Positions 1 through 9,685 of a DNA stretch of 64,000 nucleotides are shown here, piece after piece. Source of the stretch: an uncultured virus (IMG/VR IMGVR_UViG_3300032288_004103) (taxonomy: Duplodnaviria > Heunggongvirae > Uroviricota > Caudoviricetes); IMG/VR virus record IMGVR_UViG_3300032288_004103; one strand, given 5' to 3'. Below the pieces are notes generated by a model, which was not told the DNA's origin, ran no database searches, and saw nothing but the letters and a program-made list of their open reading frames with translations. The translations under genes were made by a program, and so were the position numbers. Each line of letters begins with the position of its first letter. Position 1 is the first letter of the stretch.

Positions 1-1
1 A

Positions 2-2194
2 TTAGGTATAAGTTCTCACGCAGAAGGTAATTTTACAACATCAATAGGAGATTATTCTCACACTGAAGGTAGATTAACAATATCATCAGGACAATATTCT
101 CACGCTGAAGGTAATAATACAACGTCAATAGGAGGTTTTTCTCACGCAGAAGGTAATTTTACAAAATCAATAGGACTATATTCTCACGCAGAAGGTAATA
201 ATACAACTTCAATAGGAGATTTTTCTCACGCAGAAGGTGGTTCAACAACATCATCAGGAGGAACATCTCACGCTGAGGGTAGTCTTACAATATCAATAGG
301 TCCTTGGTCACACGCAGAAGGTTCTAATACTATATCGTTAGGTGATACTTCTCACTCGGAAGGATTTTTAACAACATCAGTTGGCGATTCTTCTCACGCA
401 GAAGGAATACAAACAACTTCAATAGGAGATTATTCTCACGCAGAAGGGTCTGGCACAACATCAGTAGGAATATATTCTCACGCTGAAGGTAGTCTTACAA
501 TATCATCAGGTATTACTTCACATGCAGAAGGTGGTGCTACAACGTCATTAGGTTTTGCATCTCATGCAGAAGGATTTTTAACAACTTCATCAGGTAATTA
601 TTCTCACGCTGAAGGTTTACAAACAACATCAATAGGAATTAGTTCTCACTCAGAAGGTATTTCTACAACTTCATCAGGTAATTATTCTCACGCTGAAGGT
701 AGATTAACAATATCATCAGGAATATATTCTCACGCAGAAGGGCAAGGAACAACATCGTCAGGAGATTATTCTCACACTGAAGGTAGATTAACAATATCAT
801 CAGGACAATATTCTCACGCTGAAGGTCGACAAACAACATCAGTAGGGATATATTCACACGCAGAGGGATTTCAAACAACATCATCAGGAGTAACATCTCA
901 CGCTGAGGGTAGTCTTACAATATCAATAGGTCCTTGGTCACACGCAGAAGGAAGTCAAACAAACTCAGTAGGTGATACTTCTCACTCAGAAGGATTTTTA
1001 ACAACATCAGTTGGCGATTCTTCTCACGCAGAAGGTTTAAATACAACATCATCAGGAGATTATTCTCACTCAGAAGGTAATAGTACAAAAGCATTAGGTT
1101 TTATTTCTCACGCTGAAGGATATTTAACAACATCATCAGGTAATTATTCTCACGCAGAAGGTTTAAATACAACCGCATTAGGTAATAGTTCTCACGCAGA
1201 AGGTTCTAATACTATATCGTTAGGTAATAATTCTCATTCAGAAGGTTATTTAACAACATCATCAGGAATATATTCTCACGCTGAAGGAAGACAAACAACT
1301 TCAATAGGAGATTATTCTCATTCAGAAGGTTATTTAACAACATCATCAGGAATATATTCTCACGCAGAAGGTCAATTAACAACCGCATTAGGTAATAATT
1401 CTCATTCTGAAGGTGGTGATACATATTCATCAGGTGATTATTCTCACGCAGAAGGATTTTTAACAACATCAATTGGATTTGCTTCACATGCAGAAGGTTT
1501 AAGTACAACTTCATCGGCTAATTATTCTCACGCAGAAGGGTTAGGTACGATAGCTTACGAACTTTACCAACACGTATCTGGACAATATAATAATACTACT
1601 AACGCAAATCAGTATTTTATAATTGGTAACGGAACATCAAATGCAACTAGATCAAATGCGTTTAGAGTAGATTCCGCAGGTAATGTATACGGTGCTGGTG
1701 CAACATATAACTCAGGTGCGGATTATGCAGAATACTTTGAGTCTTTATCGGGAGACTCAATACCTTACGGTACTGTTGTAGAATTAGAAGATGGTAAAAT
1801 AAAAGTTTGTACTGACTCAAATAATGCGATAGGTGTTATTTCGTCAAATCCAACTCTAATAGGTAATAATGAAGAAGGTACTGCTGATGAATGGGTTGGT
1901 AAATACGATAAAGACGAGTGGGGTAAATACATTATGGAAGATTATACATATGAAATGATAGATTATATAGATAGTAGTGGCAATACATTCTATAAAACAG
2001 TAACAAGTCAACGACCAAAAATTAGTGATAATTATGATCCTAATGTACAATACATACCAAGATCACAAAGACCCGAGTGGAACGTAGTTGGTTTAGTGGG
2101 TCAAGTTAGAATTTTAAAAAATCAACAAATACCTAATAGATGGATTAAAATGAAAGATATAAATAACGATATCGCTATTTATTTAATTAGGTAA
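2..2194 (+). CDS. Tail fibre/spike (5'-truncated): YadA-head-like 14-aa SHAEG repeats plus C-terminal Peptidase_G2 intramolecular chaperone
   Basis: Frame from base 2 (LGISSHAEG...) is the same frame as track ORF 1934..2194. It has 37 S-H-[AST]-E-G repeats at 42-bp period, then FIIGNGTSNATRSNAFRV, GADYAEYFE and RPEWNVVGLVGQV, typical of the phi29 gp12-type autocleaving chaperone domain. Confidence 0.85.
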   Translation, partial: LGISSHAEGNFTTSIGDYSHTEGRLTISSGQYSHAEGNNTTSIGGFSHAEGNFTKSIGLYSHAEGNNTTSIGDFSHAEGGSTTSSGGTSHAEGSLTISIGPWSHAEGSNTISLGDTSHSEGFLTTSVGDSSHAEGIQTTSIGDYSHAEGSGTTSVGIYSHAEGSLTISSGITSHAEGGATTSLGFASHAEGFLTTSSGNYSHAEGLQTTSIGISSHSEGISTTSSGNYSHAEGRLTISSGIYSHAEGQGTTSSGDYSHTEGRLTISSGQYSHAEGRQTTSVGIYSHAEGFQTTSSGVTSHAEGSLTISIGPWSHAEGSQTNSVGDTSHSEGFLTTSVGDSSHAEGLNTTSSGDYSHSEGNSTKALGFISHAEGYLTTSSGNYSHAEGLNTTALGNSSHAEGSNTISLGNNSHSEGYLTTSSGIYSHAEGRQTTSIGDYSHSEGYLTTSSGIYSHAEGQLTTALGNNSHSEGGDTYSSGDYSHAEGFLTTSIGFASHAEGLSTTSSANYSHAEGLGTIAYELYQHVSGQYNNTTNANQYFIIGNGTSNATRSNAFRVDSAGNVYGAGATYNSGADYAEYFESLSGDSIPYGTVVELEDGKIKVCTDSNNAIGVISSNPTLIGNNEEGTADEWVGKYDKDEWGKYIMEDYTYEMIDYIDSSGNTFYKTVTSQRPKISDNYDPNVQYIPRSQRPEWNVVGLVGQVRILKNQQIPNRWIKMKDINNDIAIYLIR
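14..1567 (+). repeat. 42-bp (14-codon) coding tandem repeat, 37 copies
   Basis: tctcacgcagaaggt-type core at 14, 56, ... 1526 (exact 42-bp register); degenerate QHVSG copy at 1568. Confidence 0.95.
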
Positions 2195-2209
2195 AAAGAT
2201 AAAAAACTT

Positions 2210-3871
2210 ATGAGTAATATATACCAACATAATTTTGACAATTGCTTAAAAATGAGATTAAGTAACAGTGACTACTGGGACTTATTTTTATGTTATGATT
2301 GTACAGATGAACAAGATAATAACCAAATATTAGAGGATTGTATATTAGTAGATATAGACATTAATAATGACAATTCATTTTCAGGTGACACTTTATATAG
2401 TTTAACAACTTGGACAGGTGCAACAATTAATGGTAGTGGAATTACTTTAAATGATATAGGATTAACTGGTATCGATAATGGTTTTATAAATTATGATTGT
2501 ACCGCCTCAACAGATAGTCAAATATTTTTATCTGCGTTTACAGGATCAACATTATTTTTATCATCTGCAGATACAAGATTTTCTATGACAAGAGTTACTG
2601 GATGTACATATGATTACCCATTAGAAATAGATATTGATTCATTCGGTAGACACGCAGATTTATGTGGTGGATTTTATCAAGGGTTTTTTAAATTATCGGA
2701 TATAACTTATTTTAAAGAAATTACAGATAATAAATTTACTTGGCCTTTAGAATGGTTTAGATGTCCTACAATATGTAGTGGTGAAACTATAACTGATTGT
2801 TGTGGTACTGGTAGTACTTCTGGACATTCCTGTTCTATTAATCCAAATAAGGCGTACGAATGTTATTTAAATTTAAAACCCGTACCTTATAATTATCAAA
2901 TTTTACCATATAGATTAGGTGGTTTAGATATTCATTGTTTAGATGGTTGGACGGCAACATTTTGGTTAAATAAAAAATCAGAAAGTTGTACAGGTAATAC
3001 TTTAAATAATCTTTACCCAAACAATAAAGGATTTTTCTTTTATATGGGTACCAGATCAGAAAATAAATTTTGGGATTTATTTAGTGGTGAAACTGGTTAT
3101 ACTACCTCATCAGGATATCCTTTACCCCCACCAAAAGAAACTAAACAAGTATTAAATAATAACCCATTTTTAGTTTATCAACCAGGAGGGTGTGGTTGTT
3201 TTACGGGTATAACTACTGAAATTACACAAGAAAAAGATAGAAACGCAGATATTGTAGATAATGCGTTAGGATTTAGAATTAAAGATGATGGAAGTATCGG
3301 ATTTAGATCAGTTGTTATGACAGGAGTTTGTTCGGCAGTTACCGCAACAACAATAATAGATTGTTATAATAAATGCGGGTGTGGAAATACAGGAACAACT
3401 ACCGCAACATCGGTAACCACAAAATATATTACAGGAACTAGTATATATGAATGTTATAGTGATTCAGGATTAATTAATACCGATGTCTGGAATCACGTAG
3501 CAATAAGATTTAAACCTTATGAACAATATACTAAATGTGAATTAGTTAACATACCTAAAAGAAAAGGTGTTTTAACTGTCTATGTAAATGGTTATCTTAA
3601 ATGGACTTTAGAGGATTTTGATGAATTTATTTTTAGAGAACTGGATGAATATAGAGAAAAACAACAAGGAGTACCTTTTAATTATAGTTTTGGGGGTGGA
3701 ACGCAAGGTTTAATAGAATCAAATACTGTTAATGGTCCTGACATAAAAGATAACAATTTAGTAATACAAAATAATTTTGCAGGTACTTTTGAAGGTAAGG
3801 TATCTAAATTTAGATTATATGGTTGTTCTTTAGATATAACCACAATAAGAGCAGAAATTAATAATGTTTGA
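2210..3871 (+). CDS. Cys-rich virion structural protein with LamG/concanavalin-A-like domain
   Basis: 553 aa; WNHVAIRF..LTVYVNG..FEGKVSKFRLY are LamG-like strands; many Cys; follows the fibre gene. Confidence 0.6.
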   Translation: MSNIYQHNFDNCLKMRLSNSDYWDLFLCYDCTDEQDNNQILEDCILVDIDINNDNSFSGDTLYSLTTWTGATINGSGITLNDIGLTGIDNGFINYDCTASTDSQIFLSAFTGSTLFLSSADTRFSMTRVTGCTYDYPLEIDIDSFGRHADLCGGFYQGFFKLSDITYFKEITDNKFTWPLEWFRCPTICSGETITDCCGTGSTSGHSCSINPNKAYECYLNLKPVPYNYQILPYRLGGLDIHCLDGWTATFWLNKKSESCTGNTLNNLYPNNKGFFFYMGTRSENKFWDLFSGETGYTTSSGYPLPPPKETKQVLNNNPFLVYQPGGCGCFTGITTEITQEKDRNADIVDNALGFRIKDDGSIGFRSVVMTGVCSAVTATTIIDCYNKCGCGNTGTTTATSVTTKYITGTSIYECYSDSGLINTDVWNHVAIRFKPYEQYTKCELVNIPKRKGVLTVYVNGYLKWTLEDFDEFIFRELDEYREKQQGVPFNYSFGGGTQGLIESNTVNGPDIKDNNLVIQNNFAGTFEGKVSKFRLYGCSLDITTIRAEINNV

Positions 3872-3883
3872 TATTTATAAAAT

Positions 3884-4252
3884 ATGGAATTCTTTATAAA
3901 CAAAAATAGTACACTACCTAAATTAAAAATGGAATTAGTGAATGACGGAAGAAATGATTTTCGTAAATTTTATGAAAAAATTCAAAACGCAGATATAACA
4001 TTTACTATGTACGATGTAGAAACAAAAATTAAAAAAATTTCGTGTTCACCTGCATATATAGAAATGGCAGTCGCTAATGATTGTGAAAATACTGAAACAC
4101 CAACATATTATATAACGTATCAATTTACAGAACAACAAACAAATAAATCTGCTAGATATAATGGTTATTTTACAATTAATTTTTTAGATGGGACAGGAAA
4201 ATTAATTGCCCCAATTAGAGATGAATTATATATTAATATATTAAATAATTAA
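3884..4252 (+). CDS. Virion-associated protein, possibly BppU N-terminal-like Ig fold
   Basis: 122 aa, beta-rich pattern (LPKLKMEL..ITFTMYD..YNGYFTINF); preceded by ATATTTAT at 3871. Confidence 0.4.
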   Translation: MEFFINKNSTLPKLKMELVNDGRNDFRKFYEKIQNADITFTMYDVETKIKKISCSPAYIEMAVANDCENTETPTYYITYQFTEQQTNKSARYNGYFTINFLDGTGKLIAPIRDELYINILNN

Positions 4253-4271
4253 ATTTAAAAAAAATAAAAAA

Positions 4272-4541
4272 ATGGCAAAGTTAACATCAGAAGAAATTGC
4301 GGGATTAAAAATTATTAGAACAACTTTTGAAGGTAATAAATGGATTGTTTTAGTTTCAGATGAAAATGGTTATATTTATAGAGCTATGTTTGAAGGATTA
4401 GAAAACGATGAAAATAGTTCTATTATAACTAAAACAAAAAATTATTTATTAGACGTTGAGAAATTTGTTCCTACAATTTTACCAACTCCATTGGTTAGAG
4501 AAGACATAGTGGGATCAACTTTAGGGGAAACAGAAAAATAA
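4272..4541 (+). CDS. Hypothetical protein
   Basis: 89-aa ORF with A-rich leader, tightly packed with neighbours. Confidence 0.7.
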   Translation: MAKLTSEEIAGLKIIRTTFEGNKWIVLVSDENGYIYRAMFEGLENDENSSIITKTKNYLLDVEKFVPTILPTPLVREDIVGSTLGETEK

Positions 4542-4577
4542 TATTTATTTATAATTAAAATTCATTATAGTTAATTT

Positions 4578-5627
4578 ATGAATTATTGTAATTTTAACTA
4601 TAAAACTACATTACCGAAAGATGCTAACGCACCTTCGGTTTATATTTATGGTGATATTCCTATTGAATATTTAGTTTCATTTAATGTAGAAAAAAATAAT
4701 GAATTAATTAATATTAGTGATGTAATTTGTAAAACAAATGAAACTGTTTATGCTAATTACACCCAATCTTATACAAATTGGGTTATAAATGTTTATGAAA
4801 ATAATAAATTAGTTGCTAAAAATGTATTTAACCCATCTGAAAAAGTTGTATTCATAAAAATGGATGCTCACGCTTTGGGTGATAATATAGCTTGGATTCC
4901 CTACGTTGAGGAATTTAGAAAAATAAGGAATTGTACAGTAATCTGTTCAACTTTTTATAATGATTTATTTAAGAATATTTACCCTAATATATTATTTGTG
5001 GCACCAAATACAAATGTTGATAATGTTTATACCCAATTTTATATAGGTGCAACACATAAATTAGATATTAAATACTCACCAGTTTGTGTGGATGAGGTAC
5101 CATTACAATATGTAGCTTCAACCGTTTTGAATTTACCACTTAATGAAATAAGACCCCCATTGGAAAATCAATTAATAAAAAATAAAAATCATAAAAAATA
5201 TGTTTGTATTTCTGAATTTGCCAGTAGTGAGGATAAACATTGGAAATATGAAAACGGTTGGCAAATTATTGTGGATTATTTAAATTCTATTGGTTATGAC
5301 GTATTAGTCATATCAAAAGAAAAAACTGAATTAAAAAATATAATAGATTTAACAGGTAATAAACCATTAATAGAAAGAGCTCAATTAATTCATAATGCAG
5401 ATTTTTTTATTGGTTTAAGTTCAGGACTTTCTTGGTTATCTTGGGGTGTCGGTACCCATACTTTTTTAATAAGTGATGTAACTCAAATGAATCATGAATT
5501 TACTACAAATATTAGTAGAATATCTGCGAACCCAACTATTACTAAAATTCAATATGATTTACCGAATGTTACACACCCAAACACAGTCATAGAAAGAATA
5601 AATGAATATTTAGAAATCAAAAATTAA
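4578..5627 (+). CDS. Aah/TibC-like protein O-glycosyltransferase (autotransporter heptosyltransferase family, GT9-like GT-B fold)
   Basis: ALGDNIAWIPYVEEFRK..C.VICSTF and ADFFIGLSSGLSWLSWGVG..EF motifs match the autotransporter heptosyltransferase pattern. Confidence 0.8.
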   Translation: MNYCNFNYKTTLPKDANAPSVYIYGDIPIEYLVSFNVEKNNELINISDVICKTNETVYANYTQSYTNWVINVYENNKLVAKNVFNPSEKVVFIKMDAHALGDNIAWIPYVEEFRKIRNCTVICSTFYNDLFKNIYPNILFVAPNTNVDNVYTQFYIGATHKLDIKYSPVCVDEVPLQYVASTVLNLPLNEIRPPLENQLIKNKNHKKYVCISEFASSEDKHWKYENGWQIIVDYLNSIGYDVLVISKEKTELKNIIDLTGNKPLIERAQLIHNADFFIGLSSGLSWLSWGVGTHTFLISDVTQMNHEFTTNISRISANPTITKIQYDLPNVTHPNTVIERINEYLEIKN

Positions 5628-5657
5628 AAATAATTGGATTTTTTATAAAATAAGTCT

Positions 5658-5665
5658 TATATTTG
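5658..5665 (+). promoter_or_regulatory. Bacteroidota-type -7 box (TAnnTTTG) upstream of DNA polymerase
   Basis: TATATTTG at 5658-5665, TTG about 21 nt upstream, ATG at 5691. Confidence 0.55.
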
Positions 5666-5690
5666 TATTTAAAATATTAATAGAAAAATT

Positions 5691-8513
5691 ATGCCTGCAT
5701 CGGTAGATGAAATTAAAGAGTATTTAGAGGGTTATGATGAACAAAAATATATAGTTGGGGTAGAATCCTCATACTATGAAAATAAAGTATTTTTAATAAT
5801 TCACGATCCGGAAAATGGTAAAAGGATAGAAAAACACAAATTTACACCATTTTTATGGATGAAAAGTTTGGACTTATCTAATCTTTATGGTGGGGATAAA
5901 AAATTAATTAAAGAAAAAATTAAAGAATTTAAAATAAAATTTACCTCTCTAAGTATAGAAGATGAATATGAACAAGTTGTCTCTAGGTTAGAAAATGGTT
6001 ATAAATTTTTAGTTAGTTCTAAAGGTTGTTATGGTGATTTAATTAAATTTTTTAAATTTGGGAAAATGGATATTTTTTCAGAACAATTTAGAGATAATTT
6101 TTTAACTATAAGTCCTACAGAACAATTCTTAATTCAAACAGGAAAAAGACTTTTTAAAGGTATGGACAACTATAATGATGTTCATAGATTATCTTTTGAC
6201 TTAGAGACAACAGGATTAGACCCAAAAGAAAGTAGGATATTCCAAATAGGTATTAAAGATAATAGAGATTTCCAACATGTATTGTCAATAAATGGTGAAA
6301 CAGAAGAAGAATTATTAATGTGGGAATCAAAAGCAATAATAACCTTTTTTAAAATAATAAACCATTTAAAACCAGCAATCATTGCAGGATATAACTCAGA
6401 GAATTTTGACTGGTATTTTATAGTAGAAAGGTGTAAAATTTTAGGTATTGATATAACTAAAATTGCTAAGACTTTGGGTAATGTACCTTTCTACAGAAAA
6501 ACACAAACTCTAAAAATGGGTCCTGAAATGGAGTATTATGAACAAACACATATGTGGGGTTATAATATTATGGATGTTTATCATGCAGTTAGAAGGGCAC
6601 AAGCAATTAATTCCTCTATAAAAGAGGCAGGACTAAAGTATATCACAAAATATTCAAACGCAGCAAAACCTAATCGTGTTTATATACAAGGTGATAAAAT
6701 CAGTAAAATATATGAGGATAACGAAAATGATTATTGGTTTGATGAAATAAACGGTAAATGGGGTAAAATTAAAGATGATATACAACCAGAAAATACTTCT
6801 TTAGTAAAAGGTTCTTATATAGTAGAAAGATATTTAATCGATGACTTGTGGGAAACTGAGAAGGTTGATGATATTTTTAATCAGGCAACATTTCTTTTAT
6901 CTAAAATTTTACCTACAACATTTATGCGTTCTTCTACTATGGGAACTGCCGCAACTTGGAAATTATTAATGTTAGGGTGGTATTATAGAAGTGGTATTGC
7001 AATTCCACATACAATGCCTTCTAAAGGGTTCATTGGTGGATTATCTAGGTTACTAGAAGTAGGTTATAGTGAGAACGTAGTTAAATTTGACTTCGCATCA
7101 CTTTACCCCTCAATACAATTAACTCATAATGTTTTTACTGAATGTGATGTTATGGGTGCGATGAGGGGGTTATTAGAATATAACTATAACTATAGAAATT
7201 TATATAAAGAATTAAAAAATAAATACGCGTCTGAAGGTGATAAAGAAAAATCTGCGTTTTATGATAAAAAACAATTACCATTAAAGATTTTAAATAATGG
7301 TATGTTTGGTTCTATTTCCGCACCTAATGTATATCCTTGGGGAGATTCTGATATGGGGGAAAAAATAACTTGTACAGGTAGGCAATATCTTAGACATATG
7401 ATTAGATTTTTTTCTTCAAAAGGATTTAAACCTTTAGTGGGTGATACGGATGGATTTAACTTTTCAGTACCTAAAGATGTAGATAGATATGTTTATACAT
7501 CAAATGGTAACCACCACTTCAATAAATTAGGTAAAACTTATAAAGGTATGTCTGCAGTTGTTGCAGAATATAATGATAAATACATGAAGGGTGTTATGGG
7601 ATTAGATGTAGATGAAATATGTTCATCAACTATTAATTTATCTAGAAAAAATTATGCAGATTTAATCGATGGTAAAGTTAAATTAGTAGGGAATTCAATT
7701 AAGTCTAAAAAAATGCCTGTTTACATTTCAGAATTTATAGATAAAGGTATCAGATTATTATTAGATGGTAATGGATTAGATTTTGTTAATGAATATTATG
7801 AAACGGTAGAAATGATTTATAATCAAGAAATACCACTTTCAAAAATCGCAAACAAAGCTAGAGTTAGAATTAGTATAGATGAATACAAAAAGAAAATGAA
7901 GACTACTAATAAATCAGGTGGTTCTTTAGCCAAACAAGCACATATGGAATTAATAATAAAAGAAAACTTAAATGTTAATTTAGGTGATACTATTTATTAT
8001 GTTAATACAGGTACTAAAAAATCGCACGGAGACGTTCAAACTAAAGCTCATAGTAATTTTACTAAAAAAGAAACAGAACTATATTATATCAATAATGGTA
8101 AAATGCCTGATCCAACTAAAATAGAATTATACATCAATTGTAGATTAATACCTAATAATTTAATAGAAAATGATCCTGATGCCACTGGTGAATATAATGT
8201 AGAAAGATATTTAGACGCATTTAATAAAAGAGTAAAGCCATTATTAGTATGTTTTGATCCATCTATAAGAGAAGATATATTAATCACATCACCTTTAGAA
8301 AGAAAATACTTTACCGCACAAGAATTAACTTTAACATCAGGTAAACCTTTTAAAAATGAAGATCAGGATAAATTAGAAGAATTATTAACCATAACTGATG
8401 AGGAGTTAGAGTTTTGGAATAGAATAGGTGTTTCCCCTACTTATATGTTTGAGGATTATGGAATTGCAGATGAATTCTCATATGACATAAAGACCCAAAG
8501 GTCGATAGTTTAA
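5691..8513 (+). CDS. polB: Family B DNA polymerase
   Basis: Exo I DLETTG, Exo II YNSENFD, motif A DFASLYPS, motif B KILNNGMFG, motif C GDTDG. Confidence 0.95.
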   Translation: MPASVDEIKEYLEGYDEQKYIVGVESSYYENKVFLIIHDPENGKRIEKHKFTPFLWMKSLDLSNLYGGDKKLIKEKIKEFKIKFTSLSIEDEYEQVVSRLENGYKFLVSSKGCYGDLIKFFKFGKMDIFSEQFRDNFLTISPTEQFLIQTGKRLFKGMDNYNDVHRLSFDLETTGLDPKESRIFQIGIKDNRDFQHVLSINGETEEELLMWESKAIITFFKIINHLKPAIIAGYNSENFDWYFIVERCKILGIDITKIAKTLGNVPFYRKTQTLKMGPEMEYYEQTHMWGYNIMDVYHAVRRAQAINSSIKEAGLKYITKYSNAAKPNRVYIQGDKISKIYEDNENDYWFDEINGKWGKIKDDIQPENTSLVKGSYIVERYLIDDLWETEKVDDIFNQATFLLSKILPTTFMRSSTMGTAATWKLLMLGWYYRSGIAIPHTMPSKGFIGGLSRLLEVGYSENVVKFDFASLYPSIQLTHNVFTECDVMGAMRGLLEYNYNYRNLYKELKNKYASEGDKEKSAFYDKKQLPLKILNNGMFGSISAPNVYPWGDSDMGEKITCTGRQYLRHMIRFFSSKGFKPLVGDTDGFNFSVPKDVDRYVYTSNGNHHFNKLGKTYKGMSAVVAEYNDKYMKGVMGLDVDEICSSTINLSRKNYADLIDGKVKLVGNSIKSKKMPVYISEFIDKGIRLLLDGNGLDFVNEYYETVEMIYNQEIPLSKIANKARVRISIDEYKKKMKTTNKSGGSLAKQAHMELIIKENLNVNLGDTIYYVNTGTKKSHGDVQTKAHSNFTKKETELYYINNGKMPDPTKIELYINCRLIPNNLIENDPDATGEYNVERYLDAFNKRVKPLLVCFDPSIREDILITSPLERKYFTAQELTLTSGKPFKNEDQDKLEELLTITDEELEFWNRIGVSPTYMFEDYGIADEFSYDIKTQRSIV

Positions 8514-9620
8514 TGACTTATTAAGATTTTCGGCTTCTAATGCTTTTTGTTCTAATTGTTTAACATTAGATAATCTTTCTAAACGTAAATCTAATTGCTC
8601 CAAAAGCTTTAATTGTTCTTCTTTACCTTCATTAAGTAAACTATCAAAGTCCATAGTTAATTCAGCCTCAGGAACTTTTAATGCCCCACCGAATTTACCT
8701 CTAACTCTACCTAACGCCTCTTTAAATAATGCAGTTAAATATCTCCTAATCCATATCTTTGTAGGTTCATTTAAATCAGAATACCTCAATTTAGATAAAG
8801 GTACATCATTAGGTAACTTAATAATATCAGGATTTTCTTCTAAACATTTATCTCTGTCGTCTCCCGCATCATAGTAATGGTACCATACTTTTGTACCTGC
8901 CAAACCTACTTGTCCACCAACTAATCCACCACCAGCAAATGAAAGTCTACTTCCTGGTATTGGCATTAAATGTAATAATCTAGTTCCATTAGGACCCGCA
9001 GTAACTTTATATGATAATTCACTCCTTAATAATTTAGATTTTAAACTAAAATCACTAGCTCTAAGTAATACATCATATGCAGGTGCAACATAAAAACCTC
9101 CGTTACCTAAACCACCACCTTGACCCCAACCAGCATAAGGAACTTGACCAAAACCACCACCAAATCCATAATCTCCAAATCCTGCAAAAGAATATAATGC
9201 ATGATTTGTAGAATTAGGTGTTATCCATAATATTTCATTAATTTCTCTTCCCGCAGGTATCTGATAAACTTGTTGGTTTTTAATAACTACTATATAGTCC
9301 TTTTTAAGTTCCCAAGGACCTCTTTGTTGTAGACCCACTTGTTTAGAATAAGCGTAAGAAAAATTACTTTCAAAATCTAATGATCTAGTAGTTAATGCGA
9401 ATGCAATATCAACTTTATCTGCATCTTTACCTAATACAGATGACCATTGATTTTCGATTAACCAATCCTGAACTCTTTGTGCATAGTCCTCTATTGCAGT
9501 TTCTAATAGAGAATTCATTTGATCCCAATCTAATTCAATTTTACGAATTGGTGCCCCTAATCTGTGTTTGATTTGAGTGAATAATTCATTTTTTAAATTA
9601 TCATTTAAAGAAGTTGGCAT
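8478..9620 (-). CDS. Neck protein (T4 gp13-like head completion)
   Basis: IKHRLGAPIRKIELD at N-terminus; WIRRYLTALFKEALGRVRGKF..L..EG at C-terminus, typical of gp13-like proteins. Confidence 0.75.
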   Translation of the reverse strand: MPTSLNDNLKNELFTQIKHRLGAPIRKIELDWDQMNSLLETAIEDYAQRVQDWLIENQWSSVLGKDADKVDIAFALTTRSLDFESNFSYAYSKQVGLQQRGPWELKKDYIVVIKNQQVYQIPAGREINEILWITPNSTNHALYSFAGFGDYGFGGGFGQVPYAGWGQGGGLGNGGFYVAPAYDVLLRASDFSLKSKLLRSELSYKVTAGPNGTRLLHLMPIPGSRLSFAGGGLVGGQVGLAGTKVWYHYYDAGDDRDKCLEENPDIIKLPNDVPLSKLRYSDLNEPTKIWIRRYLTALFKEALGRVRGKFGGALKVPEAELTMDFDSLLNEGKEEQLKLLEQLDLRLERLSNVKQLEQKALEAENLNKSLNYRPLGLYVI

Positions 9621-9636
9621 ATTTAATTATTTATTT

Positions 9637-9656
9637 ATAAATATCGCAATATTTAT
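9637..9656. promoter_or_regulatory. Back-to-back ATATTTAT boxes (putative late promoters)
   Basis: ATAAATAT 9637-9644 (minus strand, toward neck gene) and ATATTTAT 9649-9656 (plus strand). Confidence 0.5.
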
Positions 9657-9685
9657 TAAATGATAAAAATATAAAACTTAAAAAT

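Noticed and set aside
14..1567. 42-bp periodic repeat as a CRISPR array
   Set aside because: Repeats vary at synonymous positions, keep one open frame and encode SHAEG units; no cas genes are present.
663..2050. Minus-strand ORFs 663..896, 1212..1514 and 1856..2050
   Set aside because: Antisense shadows of the repeat fibre gene.
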